Assembly: GCA_035084275.1 (NCBI GenBank)
Contig: CM068749.1
Location: 18,166,001-18,230,000, forward strand
Direction of reading: 5' to 3'
DNA length: 64,000 nt
Origin: Hydrolagus colliei
Taxonomy: Eukaryota
Under the pieces are notes generated by a model. It made no database searches and was not told the origin of the DNA. It saw only the letters and a program-made list of their open reading frames with translations. Below are positions 52,661-64,000 of the stretch, piece after piece (position 1 is the stretch's first letter; the number at the start of each line of letters is the position of its first letter). The position numbers and the translations under genes were made by a program.

Positions 52661-55600
52661 ATGAAAAGCTGGATAGACAGACAATAAGGTAACGGATGTA
52701 GTTAAAATCAGAAATGTAAAAAGATTTGGAGGAAGAAAGGATATGCACAATTATGTTTGCAAGTATCTAAAACAGGAGAGATCTGAAGGTTTCAGTTTAG
52801 CTGTCAGCTAAAGACAATATTTTTGGATTAACATAATGTATATATACACAATTACAATTGTACAGTTATATAGTGGATTCCACATTGGAAGGATTTATAA
52901 CCATGGGTGAAACAGCCTTTTTAAAAATTATGTGACCTTGGTTAGATTGCACCTGGAATGCAGGCTAATCGCCCCACTCCAAACAATCTTTTTGGGAGTG
53001 AATGTAGCAGCATAAAGCTTCATTCATTGCAAAATATGGGGTTCAGATCTGTGACGAAACATTGGCCAACCTAGGATTCTTTTCTTTTTTACTGAGAATG
53101 ATTCCATCAAACACATTGAAAACGTTTATTAAATTGAATGAACAAAAATGATTTCAATAATGTCATGCACCAACAAATAACAGTATGTAGACATTTTAAA
53201 TGTGTTCACTTACACTTTGGAAAATCAACTTATAACATTGAACATAAATGGGGATATGTTGCCACATTTCCAAATGGGATACATATCTAGAGCACCAAAT
53301 AATAACGTATAATATTTTGAGCACTTCATATCTGGGACTTTTTCTGATGTAGTCAGCTTAATCAGAACGGCAATTACCTCTGCGACATGCGCTCAAGCAC
53401 TCACTATATAAGAAAGGTCAAGGATGAGATTAAACAACTTGTTTACTACCAATCTTAGCCATTTAGTATTCTGCTTTTTTTAAAAAATGTCTAATACTGC
53501 TGCCTCCAATATTCCACTAGATAAACTGTTCCAACCAAGCATCACTTTAAGCAATATATATATTTAAGATGCACCTGTAATAGATACAAAAAAGTAATTT
53601 CAATTTCCATAATTTTACTATTTTTTAATCTTTAAATAAAAATAAAGCTATTAAACAACTTTGTCTAATCTGTTACAATGGCTCAATCGCATGGATGCAA
53701 GCAGTAATATAATGCAGCATCCAAGTACGGGTGAATGCTTAAATTTTTCTACCTTCAATCTGCTATTGCAGCTTTTTAATGTTAGAAAATTAAATCCACA
53801 TTACAATTGAGACAAAAATAATTATTTTTGCTGTAGTAAAAAAAGTACTCAGTGAAAAACCTCAGTTTGTCTCTTACTAGCTGTATAGTTTTTCCAGTCT
53901 TTTAATTTAGATCATCTTACTTGGTTGTATTTCAATTTGGCAAAGATAATTTCTGTCAGAGAGGGGAACATAACTTTCCTCCAGAATGGCAATATCAAAA
54001 TACAAGGGTTTCTTGGTGGCAAGGAATAGGAGAAACATATCTAGAGTCTCATTTGCCAAAGTAGCATAAGGTCATCCAACTACAGGTTATGTTGTAGAAT
54101 AACATAGCAGCAGCTGTGTGTTTTCTTGCTCAAGGCGGATAGATCTGTGGGCAATCCTGTCTGGAGTGTGGGAAGGGGAGAAATCAAAAGTTACGATATT
54201 GTACGAGTGGGAAGCAAGACTATATTCATCCTGAATATTCCGCCATCTGTTCTATTGCTCATCTCTTGAGTAGTTTTGTACACAATCCTGCAGATCATGC
54301 CTTCTAATTTGTTGATATATCAAAATACTATACTGTTATCTTTGTCTAAAATCAGGACAGACTGATCCTGAAGTGGAACCAACAAATGTCAGCCAACCTC
54401 CAATCTGTTTATGTAGCAGGTGGCTTGATATGATGGCCAAGTACCCCAGATCTATTCATTACCAATGAGGGCACTTGTTCCCAAGAGGGTAACATTACTG
54501 GCAACTGTGAGAGATGGGAGTAGAATTCTGTTCCAGTAAACCACCATTATTAAAATCCTTTATTATTAATTTGTGGTAACCCTTTCAACACAACTAAAAG
54601 TAAAATACCCCAGGCACTGCCCATGCATTCAAGTCTCGAACATGTTCTCTCAAACTTAACCAAAAGAAGAAATTGATGGTTGTCAAAGGAAACACAGCCC
54701 AAGGAATGAATATCAGAGTCAACATTAAGCAAAAGAGATGGCAGATGTGTCAGAAACTTTATCCCTGAGATTGAATGTTTCCTCAAACGTTTCCCCATGG
54801 AAATATTATGTTAATAATGGAAATAATAGTTAGGTCTACATCTTTGTACATCTGAAACTGGTAGTTGAGCCAGAAAAATTGTTGTGACTTATCAATCATT
54901 CTTAAAACTTTCCACCTTACAATCAAAAAGATGATGTCAGCAAAATCATCCTAAATTGCTTAGCCTAGCATTCCAGTACAAACAAGTGATTGCGTTATGG
55001 CAAAATAGCAAGCAAAGGGAAGATAAACTGAAGTTGTTGTTCTTGCACATCTTTGAGGGAGAGTTGGGGGTGTTTTGGGGGGAAAAGGAGGGAAATATTT
55101 ATATTAAATGATATGAATAAAAAGCTTAGGTCAATTGCACAAAGCAGAGGAAGAGGGCAAGAACAAAGACAGAAAGTGAGCCAAATTGCAAAAGTCCTAA
55201 TGTGAAACTACATTAGATAATAATAATAATGAGATAAATCTGCTCAAAAGTAGACTATTTGGACCGAGTCCCAGTTTCAGTGGAACTTGTAGGCATCAGT
55301 GGAAATTTAGATCATCATTGTGTATACCTATATGCATTGGAATATCTAAAGAATATTACTGCAATAAGAAATATAATAGCTCATCTTACTGTCCCATTTA
55401 GGGTTGTGGGACGTCGAAGCAGAAAGTAGGGAGCAATATAATGTTGGTGTATTCTCTAATCCAAATATAGTTGACAGAAAGAAACATCAATTATTCAACA
55501 AAAATGGAAAGGTTTCAGAATTTGTCTTTCGTCTCAACCGTTTTAAAACTTTCCTTTCACAAAATGTATCCATCTCCAAGACAGGTTTTCCTAGCAAACT

Positions 55601-58600
55601 CAATAGTTTGCATCCTCACATTTACTTTGCATAATATGCAATATACAATCAATCCCTGAGCACAACTATTCACTGTTGAATATGATCTGTAATTTTCCAC
55701 ACCATGAGATCAATCATACTACCATGAGCAGTTAGCAACAGGAAAGGCAAGCACTAAATTCCAGCTTGATCAGGCCATGAAAGGCTGCTGAGATCCACAG
55801 GTGAAAAGGCTAAGACAGTAAATAACTGCTCAGATGTGTAAGGAATGCTGGTGTAGCAAATAAAGATCAGCCAAAATAAGTAAAGTTTTTGAAAGCGTAA
55901 ACTAAAAGGTAATTTATTTTCACCAATTTATTTAATCTTCTCCTATCCTGATCACTTTTTACCTGTGCTTGAGAGCCATTCCGCAGACACCTGTCTTCCT
56001 GCGATATCTCTCAAAATGGCAATTATTTATGCGTGAGCCCTGAGCCAAATTGCCATTACCTGATATCTATACCCACACTTCAGTCAGACGCCTGCTGGAT
56101 TTTTCTCCTCCCTAACCCAGTAACACTGATGGGTGGAGAGGCACATCTATCCAAGGCAGTTGTAGTAAAGAGTCTGTTGTCCAGATCCTGAACAGTAACT
56201 TCTTACTATTTTACATGGAGTTCTGGTGCTCCAGGCAATCCCTTCAGAGCTCCAACTATGCTAGCTGCAGGCTGTAGAAGGATTTGAGGTCCTCGAAAGA
56301 ACACCCCAAGTGCAAAACTCCAAATGGCCTGAGGCAGTACTCTTCATATTTAAAACCTTCAAACATTCCTTCCACTTGCTAACCAACAGGATTTGCAATA
56401 GCTCAAGATGCAAGTCTGAAAGGTAGCCAATGCAGACCCACCCCAAAGGTGGAACAAGATTCTTCAGGCAATCCTTGCTCTTGTGCCCAAAGTGTCCACT
56501 GCAGCCTGCAGCTGAAACAAGCAAAGTCCTCTATCAGTTGTAGGATCTGTTCCCTGGAAGCAGCTGGGCATCTACAGTCACAATTTTCCAATTGAGCAAA
56601 CAGGTATGTACATGCATGCGTTCCATAGAAGGAGAAATATAAAATTGTATATGTTCTGCTTTTATTATTATTGTTAAGATGCCAACAGTGTTCCTTCTAC
56701 AAGTCTGCCTAAAATTCCATGGATGAACCTGCAAAGCATATCTTCAAGGACTATTGCAAAATCTGAAGTAAAGTGTGTACAGGGAATCAGATTAAAAATG
56801 TCCAGAATTAGAACCATAATCAGTTCTGAGATCTGGTTTGAGTTCCATCTACAGTAACAGGGACATCTTAATCTTCACCGCTTCCCCGGATCTGAACAGT
56901 CATAAATGGAAAGTTTTTTTTTGCAGTCTTTGCATATTGTGTATATTTTGTGAGTGAAACACAACAGCCAATTGTGCACAGCAGTACATAAATAGTTGTG
57001 GATTGACGAGATTCCCAAAATCTGAATTGGTGAATGAATGCCAATGCCTATAGGAGGCCAAAGCCTCCTATAGTCAGAAAGAGGGAATATAGAACAAGTG
57101 CAATATATTGCAGGTAGAGAACCTTGGAAAGCAAGAACCCAATTTTAGCGCTCAAACAGGTAGCAAGAGTATGGACAAAATGTTTTTTTTGAAGGAGAGA
57201 TCCACTAATCGAATAACAACCGGGTCCTACTTACTGCTAGGTAAACAGAGACGTGAAGAGTAAAAAAAACTTGACCAACATTCTAATGTATCACTCTAAT
57301 AACCCAACAACAATAACTTCGATTTATATAGCATCCTCCACGCAGAACAGCAATACATGACTATGCAGAATGCACCCGAGGCTCTGAGACAGAGTTGGAA
57401 AATAGCACATGGTAAAACTGGTCAATGGTCCTTATGGGATGTTTAAATTGAAGTTACAGCACTGCAAAGTTTAAAAGAGATTCAAATCCATTTCTAATTT
57501 CTCCATTAGTTATTTAGTTGCCAAACTTCTGCCATGAAAAAGTGAAACCCAGGCTCCATATCTTTTACTTACTTATTTTCATCATAGCTGTAGGGAAATC
57601 TTTTTAACAGTTTTGGTGCTAATGCAAAGTAATAATGCAGTATTATCACAGCACTGCTGCTGCTGGCAGAAATACTGTAAAGTAATAAGGTAAATGACTG
57701 GCATTGTTTGGTATAAAAGCACCAAAACACGTAGAAAGAAGTGTTTGCTCAGCACCTCTCAGTTGCACTTTGGCAGCAATAATATAAACAATGCCTCCAG
57801 AGTCAAATGTCGCTAATTACTTCTGGACATATGCTCCTGAGCAAAATCACATTTGAATAAAACCATGACTGGCCAGCTAAGATTGACACCCCCATGTCAC
57901 CTAAATCATGAACCAATGTCAAAGTGCAACAGTCAGAATAATACAAGCAAATAGATTATCTAAATAAAACCTATGGATTCTATTATCTACAATACCCAGA
58001 AGAGATGCTAAACATATTTTAAAAGGTAACTAACAAAATATACCCAAAGATAGACAAGGATTTTTTCAAATAAATTAATATGATGCCAAGTGATATTCAA
58101 TGATTTTATAGATACACAAATACAGAGATGCTGTTCATAAATTATTCATTCAGTGACCTCTCAAAATCTTTTACTGCTACGTCCAAAATATAAATAAGGT
58201 GATAGCCACAATACAAAATATATTTGACATTTAAGCATGTAAAATATTTTCTGATCATTATTTCATACTCTTTACGTGACAATCATCTACCAGTGAAAAA
58301 TCCTCAAAAGGTTTTGCTTCCAAGATGTTCTGTGTATCAAAAAACATCTTTCAGGGTTCTGACCCACAAAGCCACCTTGCGGCACTTCAATCAGTAGTCA
58401 TGAAATCTTGTATATACACATAGTATAATATAATTTAAATGCCTTTCTCTTACTTGACCCATTGTGCAGAAGCTATATCAAGTTACTTTATAATATAAAG
58501 GTTAAGTTCACCCACTATTTATGTTTGCCATTTTAATCAAAATTGTTCTTATTTTGTCTCAAGTGAACACAGATGCACAATATCAGTCATTGGAATTACA

Positions 58601-59388
58601 TCGAAAGGAGGTGGTTTTAGCCCAATTATAGTTCTTTCTTCACAAAATATATAATATAGTCGGCTTTCCTGCTATCCTTCCCCCTGCCCCGACCCCTCCC
58701 CTTGCCATCTTTCCCCCTTTTCCCCTGGTTCCATTTTCATGACTGTATGTGGGACACTGCTGTGCACAATTTGGCTGCTGCGTTTCACCCACAAATATAC
58801 AGTCAATTTTTCCTACTCTTCTTCATCCTGCCCCAACCCCTCCCACCTTGCTCTTGTCCCTAACTAACTGTACAGCGCCTCGGGATGCCCACTCAACATG
58901 AAAGATGCTACATAAATGTAAGGATTGATTGAATGATTGATTATGAACTAGGTGATTTTATCAACTTTTTATAACCAGGAAAATACTAAGAAGTTTAAAC
59001 TTCTCTGTTAGCTTTATTCAACTACTTCTAAGTCCGAACTCCATTCATGGAAAAGCTGAACCTTGTGAATGTGTGAAAACTGATAAGACTGGCACATAAC
59101 CCTCCATCTCAATCACCATAAAACTCATTACATGAGTCAATAACTCAAACAAAACGTTTCATTGATATAAGGTGTACTTACTGGCATTCAACTTGTCACT
59201 TCGTTGAATTCGTATAATGATTGTAATGTGCCCCAATTCTGTAAAGTGTAGTAATGTGTAGCAATGCGAGAAAAATAGTCTGCATACCCGTGGGATCCCC
59301 CAATTCCATTGCCAATGCAAATGCAAAAAAAAAGCATCAGGCTGAATAAGAGAAACTGTGAGACCAGAGACGGTTTTAGTTTCCTCCT

Positions 59389-59900
59389 TTAGTTTAGGAG
59401 GTCACAGATGTAGGGTGGGGCAAGGCCATGAAGGACCTTGAATTGGATCCTCTGGTTGTTGGGGAGCCAATGGAGTCGGGCCAGGATGGGGGAGATGGGG
59501 TCACGAAGCTTGGAGCGGTAAAGGACACAGGCCACAGAGTTTGGGATTATCTGCAATCTGTGGAGGGAGGAATTGGGAAGGCCGACAAACACGTGGTTTG
59601 AGTAATCGAGCCCAAATGTGATTAAAGCATGATCAATTGTAGAAAGTTAACTCTACATCCAAGACGTGATGTCTGACAGACAATCTGTCAGGACAATAGT
59701 AGTCCTGGAGTCGAGGTTAGAGAAGAAAGACAGTTGGGTGTCATCTGCATACATATGGAAGTTAACCCTATGTCTGTGGATGATATCACCAAGCGGGTTA
59801 TGTAGATGTTAAAAAGTAGGAGGCCGACAACAGAGCCCTGGGGGATGCCACAGGTGACAGCGCACGGGCTGGAAGAGAAGCCGTTGGTGACAACAAAATA
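59389..59900 (-). mobile_element. L2 LINE reverse-transcriptase fragment (degenerate, internally deleted)
   Basis: Minus strand encodes VTCGIPQGSVVG, VNFHMYADDTQL (YADD) and LDYSN..FVGLPNSSLHRLQ...ISPILARLHWLP, with frameshifts. Confidence 0.9.
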
Positions 59901-59970
59901 GAGATGATGAAAAACACTGAAACTGTTTTACTAAAACTGAACTGAAAACAACTCAAGAAACGTAGGAGAT

Positions 59971-60001
<31 letters not shown>
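59971..60001. repeat. Poly-G homopolymer (31 nt); other long G/C runs near 1480, 2385, 8040 and 10440
   Basis: Directly visible. Confidence 0.95.
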
Positions 60002-60002
<1 letters not shown>

Positions 60003-61799
60003 GCGGGAGGACTGATTACAGATCATGGTGGCATATGGGATAATGAAACAGAGTGAAATGTGTCAAAAGGAAATTCACCTTTGAGATTTTTGAAGTTCAT
60101 GCAGCATAAAATATACTTGGCACTTGACGTGCAAGGCACTATACACAAGTGTATTTTGTTGTTGTTGAGAATAAATCAGGATTGGTTACTACACTGACCC
60201 AAACTTTATTGTAGAAGTATACCATACTTACCAAATGGAGGCTGCCATCTACACTCTGCCTTATACAAAATTTGTTGCTTTTTTTTAAAAACAAAATGAA
60301 GCAATAAATTATGTGAAGAATGGAAATGCAATACAGAAAACAGAAAGATTGCATCATGTTTTATTGACCCAACATAGAATTTGCATGTAAGTGGTAAGCA
60401 AATGAGGTCAGTCAGAATGTGATGACACATTTACCTTTTTTTAATATATGAAAAGATAATTCCTCCAGTGAAATCACTGAAAGATGCATGAATAGTTACA
60501 TGCCTTCTGCCATTAGCTTGTGAATTCACTGGTTGTTCTAACCAAAGTATATTTTATGCTACTTTAGAAACTTCCAAAATCTTGAAAGTTAAAACTTTTG
60601 ACACCTGTCATGATTCATTTAAACATTTCACCCAGTTTCAAAGTATATGCACTGAATACCATCATGACTTGTAATCAGTTCTTGGGTTCTTTTATTTAAG
60701 CTCAAAAAGTTAAAGCTTGCAAATGATTGAAGCCTTGGCTGAGAAATTATCTTCCAGACTTCTGCAATTTCAAACAAACTGTACAACAGTAGACAATTCT
60801 CTCACCAATTCTTTCCTGTTTCATCTAGGAAAACCCTGCACCAGTATATGCAGTTTGACAAAATCACTCACAAAAAAATTAACCATATTAAATCCAGGTG
60901 CAAATAAATTTTAAGGTAGATGCATGTGCATGTGGGAAGACGAAAATTCAGTTACAACCATTTTTGATTAACTGATATGAAGATGATAGTGCATTTCAAA
61001 ACCATGTGACTCAGCCCATATTATATACTATTGTACTGTATTTTCAATGTCATTATTGATGACATATACCACAATTTCCTCCATTATGATTTCCAGTTGC
61101 CAAGATGACAGCACAAGTTTGTACAGTATTTACAACTATAGACTGCAATTAAAACCTAAAACTACACAAAGTAACTACTGTCGATGCTAATTATAAACTT
61201 GGCCTCTTATTTCATATGTTGAAATACAAAATACTAAATTATAAAATGCAACTTTTTATTAAAATATCCAATAAAAATGTCATGATTGATAAATTTTCTT
61301 CGGAAAATAACAAGTATTTTCCATCACTTAAACTCACATTGATATACCACATATCACATCTTCCAAGCCTTATCTGACATCCAATGAATAATTTGAAATG
61401 TTTTTTTAAAAAAACCTACTATGTCAGACTTTCAAAGGTTAATAATGCTGCTACCAGCACTACCAATGGTGCTATGGTTTTGGTGACAAAAGTCAAATAA
61501 CACTATTGAACACGTCTCCAACCAGATTTCAAACATCCCAGGTTGTAATAAAGGTCAACTTCAATTATAACTATAGGCTTGTTGGGGTGGGGGGGAGGGG
61601 AGGGGGTGCGATAGTACAGCATTGACACATTTGCCCATTTCGCCAAATCAATACCACTGCGATATCACAGTAAATAGCTTCCACTTTGTGTAGTTTCAGA
61701 ACCTGTTCAAATAAACCAACCACCAAATCCTAAGGCTCAAATTAAAAAAAACTCTGCGGGAATAAAACTCAACTTTTCTCCCCCTCCCCACCCCCACAG

Positions 61800-62420
61800 A
61801 AGTTATCAGCCTTGGTGGCCATCGCCCCCCAGGATAGTGGTAAGTATTGGTCTGAAATGTCATGTTGCGTGGCAAAAAAGACATGGAAGCGGTGCCCGTC
61901 CCGCCCGATTTGTCTGAACGTGAACATGTCACGCTGTCTGTCGTGTTCGCTGGGTCCCACAGCTCCAAGCCACAACCCAACCAAGCGGCTGGCGACCCGC
62001 ACCGCCCGAACCCAAACTCAACTCTCGCCTTGCTGGACTATAAAAAGAAACGTACCGTGGCACAACAACGGGATTTAAAATGAGCGGAAACGAATGCCGA
62101 AAGCTGCTCGTTTATTGTCTGCAACCGTCCTCCATCCATTCCACCACCGCCGCCATTTTGCTTACTATTGTGCAAAGATGGTTGCGGCGGCGGAGGGGAG
62201 GACGAGCCAGCGAGCAACTTCCATTCCGGGGTGACGGCACGCTTTCATTCGCCTAATTTGGCCAGCGGGTGACTGCCATTTGCCTCCTTTACCCCGGCAG
62301 TTATATTGGGAGCCCGTTTCGTGGCTGTCTCCATTTGCAAATGCAGAAGTCTGTCGGCGAGTAATCCTCGCCCCCCTATTTGCAGCTGTTGGACGCGCCT
62401 TCCTGGGTAGCAGACATCTC
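61800..62420. promoter_or_regulatory. CpG-rich promoter region, probably of ZNF644
   Basis: Strongest CpG/GC-rich segment in the right half of the window, upstream of the minus-strand gene. YY1 consensus GCCGCCATTTTG at 62149-62160. Confidence 0.75.
62056..62170 (-). other. ZNF644: Putative non-coding first exon of ZNF644
   Basis: Minus strand reads CAAAATGGCGGCGG (YY1 element typical just downstream of a TSS) and ends at donor ACG|GTACGT at 62056/62055. The TSS position is approximate. Confidence 0.55.
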
Positions 62421-63744
62421 TCTCTTGGTTTAAAGTGGCAGCAGCCGCTGCACTGGGGTTGGGAGCATGGAAATGGTGGAGGTTTCCAGACCAGGTGTTA
62501 ACAGCATTTGTGCAGCAGAAATACTTGCGTAATCGCAAGCTCCCCCTCCCACCCCCAAACCCACCACGAACCATTATAACTCCCCCAACACCCAATCTGC
62601 AAAAAAAAAAGCCAGCTGGACACGTGTTAAGTATGAAATGAGGAAACTCGACGCGAATTTAAAAGATATACAAATGCACACAAGCAGTTGTTGGCCATTG
62701 GGCCAGCATCGCCATGAGACTTTGGAAAAGCAGGTTATGCAGGCCTTCAAATGAAAAGACACATACACTACACATGTTCAGCTCAGAAAGCTGTAGCAGT
62801 ATAAAAATGAATTGTCAACAGCACATGCTGCTCATATTCATATATACCTCCATGTTCTTTATTAGTGATGTTTTATTAAAAAAAACATGGCTGGGAAATA
62901 TTTCTGATCCAATTCACCAAAGCAATGGTTAAAAGAACACAAATCATCACGTGCTTAACGCTCAATTTTCAAGTATTGATAAAGTTAGCTTACTGGCCCT
63001 CAACGCCACACCATCAAGAATTGATCACTGGTATTCAACAATTGAATTAATCATCTATAATTTGAAATCTGCATTTTCCTTTTTACCTTCATAAGTAGTA
63101 TGTATCTTTTAATGTTAAACATTGTCGTCCTTTGGTTTGTAAGCAAAAGTTGGGAGTTTCCATTTTTATCTTAAAGGAGAGATATACTACCTTTTCCTTT
63201 ATTCTGCCTAGAAGATCAAAAAGTTACAAATGACCTTGTCTTACCTTGTAGCACAATGAAGAATTGACAGTAAAATTACCAAAATAATATTAGAATTCTT
63301 GACCAAACAACACAAAACATTGTTTTAAGAAGCACCAGTGCCGTATGAAATTTCAACAAAATAACTAAAGTACGAAGGTTTTTTTCAAGGGTGGCTACTA
63401 TGCATTTAGTTAACTTTTTTTGATTGTATATACAAACAACAAAATTACATTTATACAGCCTTTCACGCTGGGAGGACATCCCAAGGCGCTGGATGCACAA
63501 AATGTAAAATGGACTAAATTGGCTTTGTGTGTGCTAGTGTTTACATTTTAAAACAGAAATCTATTCTGCTATAGACTAGCTGGCAAATGTCACCACAGAG
63601 GACAATTTAGATGTTGAGTATTTAATCCTGTCCCACAAAATCGTGAAAAGAATAAAAGGGAGCTCATTAACAAGATTCAAGAAGTGAGAATGTGGAGGTG
63701 TCAATTTCTGTCATTTGCATTGTAAAACGCCTTTCACATGGGAA

Positions 63745-64000
63745 ACCATCTTCCTTCAGTTTTTCCACTCCTACCCTTTGGAACTCCATCCCCCAATCCC
63801 TCCGCCTTGTTCCTCCCTTTCCTCTTTCAAGGTCGGTTTGAAGACTTTCCTTTTCGACCGTGCCTTCTGTCCCACCCCCCCTAATTCTTCGACCTCCCCT
63901 ACGTTTCTTCTCCCCTCCCAGCTCGGGTCACACACCTCCTGTGCAGCGCCTTGGGACGTCCTCCCGACGTGAAAGGCGCTCTATAAGTGCAATTTGTTGT
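63745..64000 (+). mobile_element. L2 LINE 3' end
   Basis: SSFKVGLKTFLFDRAF and the same 3' UTR stem-loop. Shorter tails also occur at 63432-63492 (-), 30365-30440 (-) and ~58810-58930 (+). Confidence 0.85.

Noticed and set aside
50857-57072. Small perfect hairpins (AACTGAGGAC..GTCCTCAGTT near 50860; CTATAGGAGGC..GCCTCCTATAG near 57050)
   Set aside because: Stems of 10-11 bp are too short for pre-miRNAs, bacterial terminators are irrelevant here, and there is no other supporting context.
61696-62768. Cluster of short ORFs in the GC-rich region
   Set aside because: Expected from stop-codon depletion in a CpG-rich promoter; no recognisable domains.
1-64000. CRISPR array, rRNA, operon or prokaryotic defence-type system
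   Set aside because: No regularly spaced repeat-spacer array, no rRNA motifs and no dense intronless coding; the sequence is clearly intron-containing vertebrate DNA.

Overview
AT-rich vertebrate genomic DNA. The repeat content (Deu-domain tRNA SINEs, L2 and CR1 LINE remnants) suggests a cartilaginous fish such as a chimaera; this is inference, not a database result. The main feature is a ZNF644 orthologue (WIZ-family C2H2 zinc-finger protein) on the minus strand. Five coding exons (33836-30604, 29118-28501, 27535-27413, 25480-25378, 25009-24817) splice with canonical GT-AG sites and matching phases into a 1412-aa ORF from ATG 33805. A CpG-rich promoter and probable non-coding exon 1 lie at about 62.1 kb, and a likely poly(A) signal lies at 22.8 kb. 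The first ~13 kb is non-coding, nearly transposon-free, relatively CpG-retaining and rich in homeodomain motifs, as expected for the regulatory domain of a developmental gene (BARHL2 is the human neighbour on this side). Introns carry SINEs, L2/CR1 fragments, a young hAT MITE with an 8-bp TSD, a Tc1/mariner-type MITE, a DIRS-like remnant and a 287-bp tandem duplication. The most unusual observation is a run of minus-strand exon-like segments at 14.6-21.7 kb, mostly missed by the ORF track, that look like a decayed multi-exon gene and tentatively resemble INTS14/VWA9. No CRISPR array, rRNA, true tRNA gene or prokaryote-type system is supported, and I cannot claim a confirmed novel system.
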